Virus record (IMG/VR): IMGVR_UViG_3300014208_000003 | Location: 32,001 to 96,000 of that record | Strand: one strand, 5' to 3' | DNA from: a virus | Length of the DNA stretch: 64,000 nucleotides | Shown: positions 1 through 10,985 of the stretch, in pieces | How the letters are laid out: each line of letters begins with the position of its first letter | Numbering within the stretch: position 1 is the stretch's first letter | Position numbers and translations under genes: made by a program | Notes under the pieces: generated by a model | The model's database searches: none | Seen by the model: only the letters and a program-made list of their open reading frames with translations | What the model was told of the DNA's origin: nothing

Positions 1-13
1 TCTTTTCGAAAGT

Positions 14-676
14 GTGAGCGATAGAGATGCAAGAAAAGGTTATACTCATATTTCTATTCTGGAAAAAATAAAACGATTAGGAGATTTACACGATCCAGAT
101 TTAATAGATGCAGAATATATAAATTATTTCGCTTCTTACTTGGGATTCTCTTTAGATTTTACCAGCGATACTTTAGTAGGTATTTTGAATGCCGATCCTA
201 ATTATGCATCACTAACAGAAGAAGGTAAAGAATCAGCAAGACAAGATTATCTGAGATTCATACTTAATAATATTCCGGCATGGTATCGAATAAAATCTAC
301 AGACAATGCTTTGAATATTTTAATGTACTCTTTCGGAATAGCTGCACAAGTAAAACAATATTACACAAGCAATTACAAGGATTTTACAGATTTTAGATAC
401 CAATCAACGGGTGTAGTTGTTCCTAGCAATTATTACGAAACACCTCATTTTACAGTATTAACAAATTTAGACGAGAACACAGAAAACATTACAGTTGATA
501 TTACGAAATTGGATGCTATAGTAAATGCTGTTAATTCAATGAAACCTATTAACACTGTATTTGATGGAATAACTGGCTTTGTAACTAGAATATGTCAACC
601 GTATTATATTAGTATGAAATCCACTATGACCGCACATTATCTGATTTCTGGAATGTTAAAAGCTGATGTCCTGTAA
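14..676 (+). CDS. Baseplate/tail protein (P2 gpI-like wedge); may start upstream of window
   Basis: DPDLID..YINYFASYLGF and PAWYRIKST..ALNIL resemble tail protein I-type wedge proteins; directly precedes the tail fibre gene. Confidence 0.5.
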   Translation: MSDRDARKGYTHISILEKIKRLGDLHDPDLIDAEYINYFASYLGFSLDFTSDTLVGILNADPNYASLTEEGKESARQDYLRFILNNIPAWYRIKSTDNALNILMYSFGIAAQVKQYYTSNYKDFTDFRYQSTGVVVPSNYYETPHFTVLTNLDENTENITVDITKLDAIVNAVNSMKPINTVFDGITGFVTRICQPYYISMKSTMTAHYLISGMLKADVL

Positions 677-678
677 AA

Positions 679-686
679 TCTAAATA
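679..686 (+). promoter_or_regulatory. T4-like late promoter TCTAAATA
   Basis: Recurrent motif upstream of structural/late genes; one mismatch to T4 TATAAATA. Confidence 0.65.
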
Positions 687-710
687 CTAATGAACTAAAC
701 TGGAGAAAAT

Positions 711-3047
711 ATGACAAACGTAGTGATAGTTAGTGCAGGAACAAACGAAATTATATCAGGCGCACCACATCTAAACGGGCCTTACTTTCCTGTTAAATAT
801 TTTCTTCTAGCATATGATCCATCTTTCGATAATACTATACATTCAAACGCTAATTTAACAACAGATTCACTACCATTTTCAGCAACATCTTTAACTGGTG
901 ATACTAACGGTGTTCAACATTCCGGACATCTTATTTTTAATATTCCGGGAGCATACACAATCTCTTCGGAACAGTTTCTATTATCCGGTGGTGGAATAGG
1001 TGTTGGACAGGGTTATAATGGTACAGATACAATTTCGGGTAATGCTTATACTTCTTTAACAGATATAAATTTACTATTCGGAAATTCTCTTGTTAATTGT
1101 TTTAGTGCCGATGCTTTACCCGTAGCTACCGGAACTGTTGGGGAATGGTTTTTGGAAGATGCTAGTACATTCGCTGTTACCGAAAATATATCAGGTTCAA
1201 AAACTTCTCCGTTCCTTGCCACAAAATCAAATTATTTTCAAATTTCTAGTTACAGTCCTATTGGTGTTGCTGGAACGGATCAATTAAGAGGTCTATTTAA
1301 ATGCCGTGTTGATAATAGTATTGGTAATTTTAAATTCAATAAGGTAGCACTATATACAACAACTTATGATGAATCGGGTGTTGAAACTACTAATCCTCCT
1401 ATACTGGTTGCTATGGCTGCATTAAACGAACCAGTAAGAAAAACAACAGGAAGCGGAAATATAGCAAACGTAGAAATAGATGTAGAGTGTGAATTTAATA
1501 TAGCAAACACCACAAATACAATTTCATATCTATCACAGGATTATTGGATAAGAGCTAATAATGCTACTTATGCTGGTGGTACTGATACTGTTGGACTTTA
1601 TTATAATGGTGATGTTGTTGTAGGTACTTCTGGAGATTCTGACTGGCTACCTTCTGCAAAATTTAATGTAACAGATGGTCTTAAACAACAGATGAGATTG
1701 AATAATATTTTTGGTCATCAGTATGTAGATTTCAATGTTCAAAACGATGCTTCAATGAAAATATCTACAAGTGGTTCTGATGAAATGCTTTTGACATTAT
1801 TCAAAAAGTCCGGAACATCTGTATTTGGAAATGATATACAAATATTAGATTATGAAAATGGTGATTTGTATAATGAAGGAAAAACATCATTAATAGGTCA
1901 ACAAATAATAATAAGCGGAGGATTTTACACCGATGCCTCTGAAGCACCTACATCATCTAAAAATCAATATATTAAATTATTCGATAAAGTAAATGGTGAT
2001 TCTATAGGTCAAGAAATTTTCGGAATGAGAACTTCTAATTTTGGTGATGTGTATGGTTGTAAGATTTCTATTTCAGCCGATACAACAATAAATAATACTA
2101 CAAAAAATACTTATGGTTTATATGTTTCGTTAGCATCCGGATTAACAACAACTACAGCGGGATATAACGAAAAATTATTTGCGGCATATTTCGGAACAGG
2201 AGCAGTACAGTTTAACGATACAGTATACTTAAAAGGAACCACAACAGTTTCTGGCCCTACTGTGTTTGAAACGGGTGGATATATATTGTTTAACACGGGT
2301 TCTTTTGTCGATACGGTATTGCCGATAATAGGAACAGATGGTGCTAGTCCCGAAATTAGATTTAATGATTCAAATTGTTATATAAAAAGAGATAGTAATA
2401 ATATAATTATTAAAAACGGTATCAGTAATATATATTTAAATTCTAATAATGTTCGTTTTCAATCAGGAACGATTATATCTGCGGGTTGTTATTTAGATAC
2501 AGATAATTTAAGCGGTGCGGATAATGAAGTTGATGTTTATAGTTTGATTAATGAGCCATCGATAATATTTCAAAAATCACAATATTTAACAACAGGCACG
2601 TATATATATTTATCCACAACATATACAGCGTTAGAATCTATAATGTTTAACATTTCCGGTTCCCCATTATATTCGGATGATATTGTATGTCAGTATGATC
2701 AAGAATTACCTTTTTCACCCAAAGTCTTTAAAACGGGTTATTACGAAATTGAATTGTCTTTACAAAATTTTGATGTTGGTTTTAGTGAAGTTGCAGTAGA
2801 TGTTTCTGGCACAGCGGAAAATTTTTCTGATAGTTCGGAAATATCGAATATGGTTGGATTTGTTAATTTCAATCAAGAAAAGGATATGAATTTTAAATTT
2901 ATAATTAAAATTGTTACATTGGGTTTGGTTAGTGATGGGAGAAACTGTACTTATATTCAAACAAAGTTGAAAATTGGTAGTGATATTGATAACGAAAAAA
3001 TAGATGGTTTTTATATGAAATGTAAATATTTAGGAACTTTACGATGA
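711..3047 (+). CDS. Tail fibre / baseplate-attached structural protein
   Basis: 778 aa, rich in G/T/S/N; GNFKFNKVALY...LVAMAAL resembles tail-fibre N-terminal attachment domains; late promoter upstream. Confidence 0.55.
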   Translation: MTNVVIVSAGTNEIISGAPHLNGPYFPVKYFLLAYDPSFDNTIHSNANLTTDSLPFSATSLTGDTNGVQHSGHLIFNIPGAYTISSEQFLLSGGGIGVGQGYNGTDTISGNAYTSLTDINLLFGNSLVNCFSADALPVATGTVGEWFLEDASTFAVTENISGSKTSPFLATKSNYFQISSYSPIGVAGTDQLRGLFKCRVDNSIGNFKFNKVALYTTTYDESGVETTNPPILVAMAALNEPVRKTTGSGNIANVEIDVECEFNIANTTNTISYLSQDYWIRANNATYAGGTDTVGLYYNGDVVVGTSGDSDWLPSAKFNVTDGLKQQMRLNNIFGHQYVDFNVQNDASMKISTSGSDEMLLTLFKKSGTSVFGNDIQILDYENGDLYNEGKTSLIGQQIIISGGFYTDASEAPTSSKNQYIKLFDKVNGDSIGQEIFGMRTSNFGDVYGCKISISADTTINNTTKNTYGLYVSLASGLTTTTAGYNEKLFAAYFGTGAVQFNDTVYLKGTTTVSGPTVFETGGYILFNTGSFVDTVLPIIGTDGASPEIRFNDSNCYIKRDSNNIIIKNGISNIYLNSNNVRFQSGTIISAGCYLDTDNLSGADNEVDVYSLINEPSIIFQKSQYLTTGTYIYLSTTYTALESIMFNISGSPLYSDDIVCQYDQELPFSPKVFKTGYYEIELSLQNFDVGFSEVAVDVSGTAENFSDSSEISNMVGFVNFNQEKDMNFKFIIKIVTLGLVSDGRNCTYIQTKLKIGSDIDNEKIDGFYMKCKYLGTLR

Positions 3048-3415
3048 TTAAAATAAAATTATTAACAGATAAAAAGATAGTTATTGAGTCATTGAAGCGT
3101 ATGGGTATTGCTAATGTGTCTTGTAAAATGTTGTATCCTTCTTGTTACTTATACGAAAAAGATAATGAGTTTTACGTAGTTCATTTCAAAGAAGCATTCA
3201 AATTATTTTCCGAAGATGCTTTTGATGATATGACGGATATTGATTTCGAAAGAAGGAATGCTATTATATTCTTATTGAAAAAATGGGGTATGGTAGATGT
3301 TCCGGAAGCTGATTTGGAACCTCATAAGATATCGGTTTTTGTATTACCTCATAGTCAAAAACAAGGTTGGTATATTAAACATAAAATAAATTATAACTCA
3401 CTATGTCCCAGATAA
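3044..3415 (+). CDS. regA: Translational repressor RegA
   Basis: ESLKRMGIAN...LYPSCYL...YVVHFKE...D.ERRNAI..LL..WG matches T4 RegA. Confidence 0.9.
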   Translation: MIKIKLLTDKKIVIESLKRMGIANVSCKMLYPSCYLYEKDNEFYVVHFKEAFKLFSEDAFDDMTDIDFERRNAIIFLLKKWGMVDVPEADLEPHKISVFVLPHSQKQGWYIKHKINYNSLCPR

Positions 3416-4062
3416 ACTTTTTAGAATTTTATAATGTTCATAAGTTATTAGAAGGTGGTCTTTTAACAGAAGATAACCGTAAAGAATTATTGTCAAAAGT
3501 GGATCCGAACTTTATTCACCATGCAGAAAATACAAAGAAACTTCCTGAATTAAGTCCAACGGGTGCAGTATATAAAAGGTTAAATCTATTCAAAGACAAA
3601 GGGAAAGATGAGTTAGAGATATGGTTTGAGACTAGAGGTGCAACAACCGATAATCATCCTTGGTGGTTACAGAGAATTATTGTTAAAAACCTTCTTGAAC
3701 AATTAAAGACAGCAGAAAATTTAGATAGAACAATAAGAGATGCCTTGGAAAGAAACGATTTACTTTTAGGTTGTACTTGTGGATCGGCGCAATTTTATTA
3801 CAACTATACAATGACTAAGAAAAATGTTATTCATCCAAGATTCCGAGAAACAAGATCCGCTCCTGTTAATAATCCAAATAATAAAGGAATTTGCTGTAAA
3901 CACCTCGCACTTGTCCTTTCCGTCATTTCTGCGAATACATACAAGATGGTTTCAGATGCCAAGAAAATTATTCCGGAATTATCTCGACCAAAAACACAAC
4001 CAATTCAGAAACCATTCGAGAAGAAGATTCAGAATGTTGATGTTAAAGATAAAAAAATCTAA
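3403..4062 (+). CDS. SWIM-type zinc-finger protein
   Basis: GCTC...GICCKHL (CxC-xn-CxH); N-terminal LLE/LTE possible prohead-protease sites. Confidence 0.6.
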   Translation: MSQINFLEFYNVHKLLEGGLLTEDNRKELLSKVDPNFIHHAENTKKLPELSPTGAVYKRLNLFKDKGKDELEIWFETRGATTDNHPWWLQRIIVKNLLEQLKTAENLDRTIRDALERNDLLLGCTCGSAQFYYNYTMTKKNVIHPRFRETRSAPVNNPNNKGICCKHLALVLSVISANTYKMVSDAKKIIPELSRPKTQPIQKPFEKKIQNVDVKDKKI

Positions 4063-4065
4063 ATA
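4058..4065 (+). promoter_or_regulatory. Late promoter TCTAAATA
   Basis: TCTAAATActattgaac, identical to the copy at 31543. Confidence 0.65.
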
Positions 4066-4093
4066 CTATTGAACTATACCACAAGGAAATAAA

Positions 4094-5164
4094 ATGAATC
4101 CAATCGCCCAAAAATTACAGTCCAGATTAAACGAAGTCAAGGATCTAAATAAAAGTCCACTCAAGGACGGTTTTTTAGAGATTGGTCCTTCAAAGCAATT
4201 CACGTCAGTTACTTTGGATAATTTTAAGAAAGAGGGTTTGGTTCCTAGATATTTCAAAAAGCTAGAACAGAATCGTTTCGTAATCCTTTTTGACGATAGC
4301 TTCATAACATTAGAAGGTCGTACAAAGAAAATAGTAGATACATTACAGAAAGTTAATCGTGGTGTTGAATCTGCAAAAATAGCACAATATGACGAATCAC
4401 CTTTTCTGGAAATTGTTTTTAATAGACCAGCAACAACAGTAAAAGAAGATTCTGATATTAATACTGTTGCCGATATTCCGGATAATTGGGCGTTCGTTTC
4501 TGATAGTGCTGAAGTAGATGATGTTAAAGAAAAATATTCAAATGTTAAAAAGACTATTGAATGCGATTCCTTTTTTGTTGAAACTGGCAAAGGAGAATAT
4601 CTAAACATTTATGGTATGATTGGTGTTGTACCTGACTTGAATAAACTTGTCTATCCTATTGTAATAAATGGCGTGGAATATATGAGCGAAGCAGTAGTTA
4701 AAAAATCATTTCAAGAATCCTATATGGTAGAAGATTCTGATTTTGTAAAAGAATTAAATGAAGAGTCTGAAGAAATTGTAGAAGAAAAACCAGAAGAAAA
4801 TATTGAAGAAGCTAAAACAGAATGGGATTCCGATTATTGGATGAAAGTTCTTATTGATGAAGTTGGTAAAGAAAAAGCTATCGAAGCAATTAATAAAAGA
4901 AATGCCTCCGATGAAGTTAAACAAAAACAATTAGAAAAGATTAAAAAACTTACCGAAGAAGTGGTTTCGGAAGCAGTTCTTGAAAAATCTAAGTACGATG
5001 CCTTAGTAGGAATAATCAAATCACTATCCAAAGATGAAGTTGAATCTGCTATGGATATTATCGGAAAACATTTAGCAACCGTTACTGGTGTAGATGGTTT
5101 GAAAGCTTCCGGAGCATTTGAGAAATCCTTTAATGATATACGAAATGCTTTGAATAATCGATAA
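4094..5164 (+). CDS. Acidic late protein, possible head-core/internal protein
   Basis: Late promoter; Glu-rich with many hydrophobic-x-E sites (LNE, VKE, MSE, LTE, VLE). Confidence 0.4.
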   Translation: MNPIAQKLQSRLNEVKDLNKSPLKDGFLEIGPSKQFTSVTLDNFKKEGLVPRYFKKLEQNRFVILFDDSFITLEGRTKKIVDTLQKVNRGVESAKIAQYDESPFLEIVFNRPATTVKEDSDINTVADIPDNWAFVSDSAEVDDVKEKYSNVKKTIECDSFFVETGKGEYLNIYGMIGVVPDLNKLVYPIVINGVEYMSEAVVKKSFQESYMVEDSDFVKELNEESEEIVEEKPEENIEEAKTEWDSDYWMKVLIDEVGKEKAIEAINKRNASDEVKQKQLEKIKKLTEEVVSEAVLEKSKYDALVGIIKSLSKDEVESAMDIIGKHLATVTGVDGLKASGAFEKSFNDIRNALNNR

Positions 5165-5178
5165 AATAGCTTCTGTGA

Positions 5179-5217
5179 TCTAAATAGTCTTGACACCACA
5201 TTCAAAGTGGCTATATT
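5179..5217 (+). promoter_or_regulatory. Tandem late (TCTAAATA) and sigma70-type (TTGACA-N16-TATATT) promoters for tRNA-Asn and the glycosylation operon
   Basis: TCTAAATA 5179-5186; TTGACA 5190-5195; TATATT 5212-5217. Confidence 0.55.
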
Positions 5218-5228
5218 AAATATATCAA

Positions 5229-5301
5229 TGCCAAGTAGTTCAGGGGTATGAATAATTGCCTGTTAAGCATTTGGTCGGTGGTTCGAATCCATCCTTGGCA
5301 G
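5229..5301 (+). tRNA. tRNA-Asn (GTT)
   Basis: Acceptor stem TGCCAAG/CTTGGCA, anticodon loop CTGTTAA, T arm GGTGG-TTCGAAT-CCATC; no encoded CCA. Confidence 0.9.
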
Positions 5302-5324
5302 TTTTTTAAGTTTATAGGAGGTTT

Positions 5325-6899
5325 TTGATGATAGGTATTGTTGTAATTTCGCATAATCGTGAATCTCAAATTAAAGAAGTATTAGAATCGTTGAAAGATA
5401 GTGCGGATGTTCTGGCAGTTGTAAATGATGGCACTCCCTATTCACCAGAAGTCTATCCCGAATATTTTCATTTAATACAACACGAAAAACCTCTCTCTGT
5501 AGGTATTGCAAAAAATTCCGGAATGAAATATTTAATGGAAAAAGGTTGTGAGCATATTTTTACTTGGGAAGACGACCATATACTAACCGATAAATCCCTC
5601 ATACAAAAATACATTGATTTATCAAAAGTTTCAGGAATAAGATTTTTTAATTATGGTTTTCATGGTGGTGCAAATCTTCTTAATAATAAACCGAATTCAA
5701 AATTAGTAGTAGAATATGATAACGATTTGAGATTAGCAATTTGCGAACACTGCGTGGGAGCCATAACATATTATCATAAATCCGTTATAGATAAATGTGG
5801 CTATCACGACGAACGTTTAAATCATAATTGCTGGGAACATGTTCTATATGCGTACAATGTTATCAAGCAAGGATTTCATCCACCTTTTTGGAACTTTGTA
5901 GATCTAGCAGATTCTTGGAAACATGTCAAAGAAATAGGTACGGTCGATACTACTTCGGTTATTAGAAAATCGCAAGAGTGGACAGATAATATGAAAAGAG
6001 ATAGAGAATACATCATTTCTAAAATAGGGATGGATATATTACAGGTTCCGAAAGTTTCCAATCAATTCGTATATAAGTGGCTTGAAAATAAACAAAAAGA
6101 AGTTAATGGTTCTAAGTGTGAAAATGTACTATATCTCAAAACAAAAGAAAAGCTAGACGATGTAACAATAATGATTCCTTACAACATCGATACCAAAGAT
6201 AGAACAACTAATTTAAAACTGTTATTGGAATACTTAAATAAAAATTACGAAACAAACATATTAGTAGCGGAACAAAATACAGAATGTGAGATGTTAAAAA
6301 CCTTTGTTGAAAATGGGTTTTGTAAAAGGTTATCGGTTAATACTGGTGATGAAAAATTAAACTATAAAACTAAGTTAATGAATGAATTGGTTAAGGCTTC
6401 CGGAACATCAATAGTAATACAGTGGGATGTTGATTGTTATATATCTCCAGAGAAGGTTTTAAAGGGTGTAGAATTGATTAGAAAAAATAAGGAACAGTTC
6501 ATCCTTCCTTTTGATGGTAAGTGCTATAACGTGCGTAAAAACAACTTCGAAGCATTCTTTAATAGTGAATTAGATCATAACAAGATGGATTTATATTCTA
6601 CTACTTCTTGTGGAGGTGTTTTCATATTCAATAAGAAATCCTTAATTGAAATAGGTATGTATAATGAAAAACTTAAAGGTTGGAGTTATGATGACGATTT
6701 TTTACGGATTTTAATATTGAAATTGGGTTATAAAATTGAAAGGCTAACAGGAAGCATCTATCACCTCGAACATGACAGAAACGAAAATAGTAGTTCCAGA
6801 AATCCTTACTATAATGTTAATCAAGAACTTGTCGTAAAACTTTCTAAACAGACTAAAGAAGAACTACTATCCGAAATCAAAACTTGGGATTGGTTATGA
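5325..6899 (+). CDS. Two-domain glycosyltransferase (GT2-like + GT7-like C-terminal domain)
   Basis: VVNDGT, AKN.G, WEDDH; second domain WDVDC and GMYNEKLKGWSYDDD..YHLEH. Confidence 0.8.
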   Translation: MMIGIVVISHNRESQIKEVLESLKDSADVLAVVNDGTPYSPEVYPEYFHLIQHEKPLSVGIAKNSGMKYLMEKGCEHIFTWEDDHILTDKSLIQKYIDLSKVSGIRFFNYGFHGGANLLNNKPNSKLVVEYDNDLRLAICEHCVGAITYYHKSVIDKCGYHDERLNHNCWEHVLYAYNVIKQGFHPPFWNFVDLADSWKHVKEIGTVDTTSVIRKSQEWTDNMKRDREYIISKIGMDILQVPKVSNQFVYKWLENKQKEVNGSKCENVLYLKTKEKLDDVTIMIPYNIDTKDRTTNLKLLLEYLNKNYETNILVAEQNTECEMLKTFVENGFCKRLSVNTGDEKLNYKTKLMNELVKASGTSIVIQWDVDCYISPEKVLKGVELIRKNKEQFILPFDGKCYNVRKNNFEAFFNSELDHNKMDLYSTTSCGGVFIFNKKSLIEIGMYNEKLKGWSYDDDFLRILILKLGYKIERLTGSIYHLEHDRNENSSSRNPYYNVNQELVVKLSKQTKEELLSEIKTWDWL

Positions 6900-7726
6900 G
6901 GGTTCGTTTAGTAGATAATCAGTTTCAGCCTAATAATCGTGCAGGAAATGGTTTGATAGAAGGCATTCAGACAAAAATAGAATGGACAAGAGATTTAAGC
7001 CAACCAACAGATATAATATTTTTCACCGATACTTCTTTTAATAGGGTTACGGAATTTAATGCAAAGTATAAGATAGCATGGGTTTTAGAATCACCAGACA
7101 TAACGCCATATCAAAGAAATTGGTTAAGACAGAATATTGATTTGTATGATAGAGTAATAACGTTTGATGAGGCACTATTAAGAGAATTCCCGAAGAAGTG
7201 TTTGTTCTATTTATTAGGAGGCACTTGGATAAAAAAAGAAGATCAGAAAATATGGGATAAAACAAAAAACACTTCTATAATTGCTTCTGTGAAAAATTGG
7301 ACTTCCGGACATAAATTCCGTCATGAGATTGTAAATAAGTTCCGGAATAATATTGATATGGTTTGTGGGAATGGTTATCAAAAAATGGATTATAAGTTAG
7401 ATGGTTTAAAAGATTTCCGATATTCCTTTATTATAGAAAACACAAATAAACCATTCTATTTTTCGGAAAAGCTTATTGATTCTTTTTTAACAGGAACTAT
7501 ACCAATATTTTTCGGAACAAGTGGTATTGAACAGTTCTTTGATGTGAGAGGAATTGAAGTTATAAATACTATTGCCGATATAGATTTTTCAAAGTATACA
7601 GAAAAGAACTATATATCAAAAATGGAATATGTTAAAACTAATTTTGAACTTGCTAAAAAATATGCTATTACCGAAGACTATATTTATGATAATGTGATTG
7701 TTAAACATTTTTGGGATTGTCTATGA
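6884..7726 (+). CDS. GT10-like (fucosyltransferase-type) glycosyltransferase
   Basis: YSFIIEN...YFSEKLIDSFLTGTIPIFFG signature. Confidence 0.75.
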   Translation: MGLVMRVRLVDNQFQPNNRAGNGLIEGIQTKIEWTRDLSQPTDIIFFTDTSFNRVTEFNAKYKIAWVLESPDITPYQRNWLRQNIDLYDRVITFDEALLREFPKKCLFYLLGGTWIKKEDQKIWDKTKNTSIIASVKNWTSGHKFRHEIVNKFRNNIDMVCGNGYQKMDYKLDGLKDFRYSFIIENTNKPFYFSEKLIDSFLTGTIPIFFGTSGIEQFFDVRGIEVINTIADIDFSKYTEKNYISKMEYVKTNFELAKKYAITEDYIYDNVIVKHFWDCL

Positions 7727-8997
7727 AAAAAATAATTATCCTGTTTCCGACTATTAGAATTCAAAAGGCTATTGAAGTACATAAAGACTGGCTGAAGAAT
7801 GCTAAGAATCCAGATTGTGTAAGAACTGTTTGGGCTTGTAATACTGAAGAACAAAAGAAAGAAATATTAGAATACGGTGATTTTGAAGTTACTGTTACCG
7901 GAAATAATATCAAAGGTGTTCCGTACAGTCTTTGGAGGTTAACAAATTCATTAGAAGCATTTCCGGATGATATTGTGATTTGTTCTGCGGATGACTTCTA
8001 TTTTCCGAAAGATTGGGATGAAATAATTCTGAAACAATATGAAAATGGTTTTGATGGATGTGTTGTTTTTAAGGATGGTATTTCTGATCTTACTAATGCC
8101 GGAATTGTTACATTACCTATTCTTTCATTCAACTGCTTACAAAAATTAAAAAGAATAATCTATCCATGTAATTATAAACATCTCTGGGCTGATAATGAAT
8201 TGTTCCTGAATCTTTCTGAAATGAACTTATTGAAAGATGTTCGGAAAGATTTGGATATAACTTTTGCACATAAACATTGGGTTGGTGGTAGTAGAAAGAA
8301 AGATGATGCGGATCTTTATGCCGAATATTGGTCTGGCCCTGATTGTGATACTTGGCAACGAAGAAGAAGATTAACACTAGAACAAAGATTCACAAGTAAT
8401 AATCTCCCCAGTGAAAAGAAATTCTCAATATTAATTCCATCGGTAACAAGAAGAAAACATCTACTGGGAAGATTGATGGATAATATTCAACAGCAGAAAT
8501 TTGATAGGAATGCCGTAGAAATAATAGTTAATACGGATGATGGTACAAAAACAATAGGACAAAAAAGAAACGAACTATTACTACAGGCTAAAGGTGAATA
8601 TGTTTGTTTTGTGGATGATGACGATGTATTACCTATTGATTCTATATCCCTTCAACTACAAGCAATGTCTATGAATAATCCGGACGTTATAGGAATGCAT
8701 CTTCTAATGATAACAGATGGAAATAAAAATTCGGAATGCAGAACTTTTCATTCACTAAAATATAGAAGCTGGTATGATGAAGCAGACCCAACTAGACCCG
8801 GTAAAAGAATGTATTTCCGCAATCCTAATCATCTTAATCCTGTAAAAAGATTATATGCTATGAGTACAATGTTTCCGGAAATTAACTCAGGAGAAGATCG
8901 AGTATATTCCGAAAACATTCTGAAATATCTTGATTCAGAAATTATGATAAACAAACCAACTTATTATTATCTTGTACGGAGCCATAAAGAATGCTAA
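7711..8997 (+). CDS. Two-domain GT2-like glycosyltransferase
   Basis: SADDF..P..WD; FSILIPS, IGQKRN, A.GEYVCFVDDDD, GED. Confidence 0.8.
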   Translation: MGLSMKKIIILFPTIRIQKAIEVHKDWLKNAKNPDCVRTVWACNTEEQKKEILEYGDFEVTVTGNNIKGVPYSLWRLTNSLEAFPDDIVICSADDFYFPKDWDEIILKQYENGFDGCVVFKDGISDLTNAGIVTLPILSFNCLQKLKRIIYPCNYKHLWADNELFLNLSEMNLLKDVRKDLDITFAHKHWVGGSRKKDDADLYAEYWSGPDCDTWQRRRRLTLEQRFTSNNLPSEKKFSILIPSVTRRKHLLGRLMDNIQQQKFDRNAVEIIVNTDDGTKTIGQKRNELLLQAKGEYVCFVDDDDVLPIDSISLQLQAMSMNNPDVIGMHLLMITDGNKNSECRTFHSLKYRSWYDEADPTRPGKRMYFRNPNHLNPVKRLYAMSTMFPEINSGEDRVYSENILKYLDSEIMINKPTYYYLVRSHKEC

Positions 8998-9695
8998 AGA
9001 TAGTTTTAATCAATCAACCTTGTGGACTTGGTGATATATTATTTTGCCAGAAGATCGGAAAACATTATCTGGAAAAAGGTCATCGAGTAGTTTGGCCAGT
9101 CATTCCGGAATACTCTTATGTAGGTGAATATTTAAAAGATATCTATTATCCGAATGTAAGAGATAATTTTGTAGGACAGACTTTCTATTATCAGTGTAGA
9201 GCATCACAAACGAAAACAATACAAGAGAACAATAACTTTATATACGTTCCTCTTGATGGTCAGTATCGCGGTGGTTCTGTTATGACTTCCAAATACAAAG
9301 CGCATAATATGGAATGGAATGATTGGAAAGATTATCTGAATATCTTCCGGAACGAACAAAGGGAAAATAAACTATACAACGAATTAGGTTTGGAAGGAAA
9401 AGAATATATATTGGTTAATGATAAATATGGTTCTCCTCCAAACGAAAAGACAAAAATATTCGATATAAATACTGATAAACATATTGTAAGAATGTTTAAA
9501 ACGGAACATATATTTGATTGGTTTAAAGTTATTGAAAATGCTTCTGAAATATGGTCGGTGGAAACGGTTTTTAATTATTTGATAGAGATGATAAAATTCA
9601 AAGCAATACGATTAGAATTGTTTTCGAAATGGACACCATCGGATTATTCACATGTTAGAGAATTGTTTAATGTAAATTGGAATTATAACACATAA
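8991..9695 (+). CDS. Putative glycosyltransferase
   Basis: N-terminal QPCGLGDILF GT-B-type motif; cluster context. Confidence 0.5.
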   Translation: MLKIVLINQPCGLGDILFCQKIGKHYLEKGHRVVWPVIPEYSYVGEYLKDIYYPNVRDNFVGQTFYYQCRASQTKTIQENNNFIYVPLDGQYRGGSVMTSKYKAHNMEWNDWKDYLNIFRNEQRENKLYNELGLEGKEYILVNDKYGSPPNEKTKIFDINTDKHIVRMFKTEHIFDWFKVIENASEIWSVETVFNYLIEMIKFKAIRLELFSKWTPSDYSHVRELFNVNWNYNT

Positions 9696-9705
9696 GGAGT
9701 TTTTA

Positions 9706-10362
9706 ATGAAACATAATTTTACACACATCCATCAGAGTTCTTGGATCGGTAATCTTTTGAATGAATATATGCCCGATAAGGGTTTTTTTGTTGAAATAGG
9801 AATGGGTCATGTTACTACTCCCGAATCAAGACGCAACGAATTAAAAACTGTTGAAATGTATGGAACTAATACGGGAGAATTAGTAGAGTTGGGGTGGTCG
9901 GGAATTTATATAGAACCTATTCAAGAATTATGTTATGAAGCAAGCCTGTTATATAAAAATTACCTTGATAAAATAAAAATAATAAATTGTGGAGCTGGTG
10001 ATATCCACGAAGAAGCTACTATATATGGATTGGAAACACTGATACCCAATGGATGTCTAAATTATAACGATTTTGCAACAAATAAACCATATAAATATCC
10101 CGGTACAAAAGTAAAAGTAGCACCAACAAATTTTATATTAGAAGAAAATAATTGTCCTTCTCATATAGATTTTATGTCTATCGATGTCGAGGGGTATGAG
10201 GAAAAAGTTCTTAAAGGATTAGATTTTCAAAAATTTTCACCTACATTGTTAGTTGTCGAAACAAATGGAATAACACAACAAAAAGTAAGTTCTTTAATTC
10301 CTAATAATTATATGATAAAACAATCTGATAATTTAAATACAGTATGGGTTAAACAAAAATAA
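9706..10362 (+). CDS. FkbM-family methyltransferase
   Basis: FFVEIG, GWSGIYIEP, IDFMSIDVEGYE. Confidence 0.8.
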   Translation: MKHNFTHIHQSSWIGNLLNEYMPDKGFFVEIGMGHVTTPESRRNELKTVEMYGTNTGELVELGWSGIYIEPIQELCYEASLLYKNYLDKIKIINCGAGDIHEEATIYGLETLIPNGCLNYNDFATNKPYKYPGTKVKVAPTNFILEENNCPSHIDFMSIDVEGYEEKVLKGLDFQKFSPTLLVVETNGITQQKVSSLIPNNYMIKQSDNLNTVWVKQK

Positions 10363-10371
10363 GGAAACACA

Positions 10372-10983
10372 ATGAATAGAAAAGAATATTTTGCAAATGA
10401 GGAAATTAATATTCCCGATGTTAAAGATTTATCTCCTGTTAGTGCATATACATCACGCCCTATAGAGTGGTTTAAGGATACTATATTAGGTGATTTTGTT
10501 TCTCATTTATCCGAAACAAAAGATGTATTGGATGTTGGTTGTGCGTATGGTTACTATACCGTTCTTTTTACTCCATTTTGCAAAACCGTGACGGGAATTG
10601 ATTTCACTAAAAAAAGAATCGAAGCAGCACAAAATCATTGGAAAGAAGATAATATAAAATTTGTAGAGCAGGATCTTACTATACCATTTACATTAGATAA
10701 ACAATATGATGTTCTTTTTACAAGTATGGTTATACAACATATTCCGATTGTTGGTAAAATAGCAGCTTTTAAGAACCTTGCCACCGTTACTAAAAAAGAT
10801 GGTTTATTCATTATGTACGATTTTAAATTTAATAATGTTACAGATGATTTTGTCGGGCCTATAAATCCAGATTGGATTCATAATAATGTTGGTAATCTTT
10901 GGGAGTGTGAGTCTTGTGTTTCTTTTTGTAGAGAAGCTAATAATCAAGGCGAAATTTTTAAGTATGTTTTGAGAAGATTGTAA
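10372..10983 (+). CDS. Class I SAM-dependent methyltransferase
   Basis: VLDVGCAYG, VTGIDF, YDVLF...VIQHI. Confidence 0.85.
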   Translation: MNRKEYFANEEINIPDVKDLSPVSAYTSRPIEWFKDTILGDFVSHLSETKDVLDVGCAYGYYTVLFTPFCKTVTGIDFTKKRIEAAQNHWKEDNIKFVEQDLTIPFTLDKQYDVLFTSMVIQHIPIVGKIAAFKNLATVTKKDGLFIMYDFKFNNVTDDFVGPINPDWIHNNVGNLWECESCVSFCREANNQGEIFKYVLRRL

Positions 10984-10985
10984 TT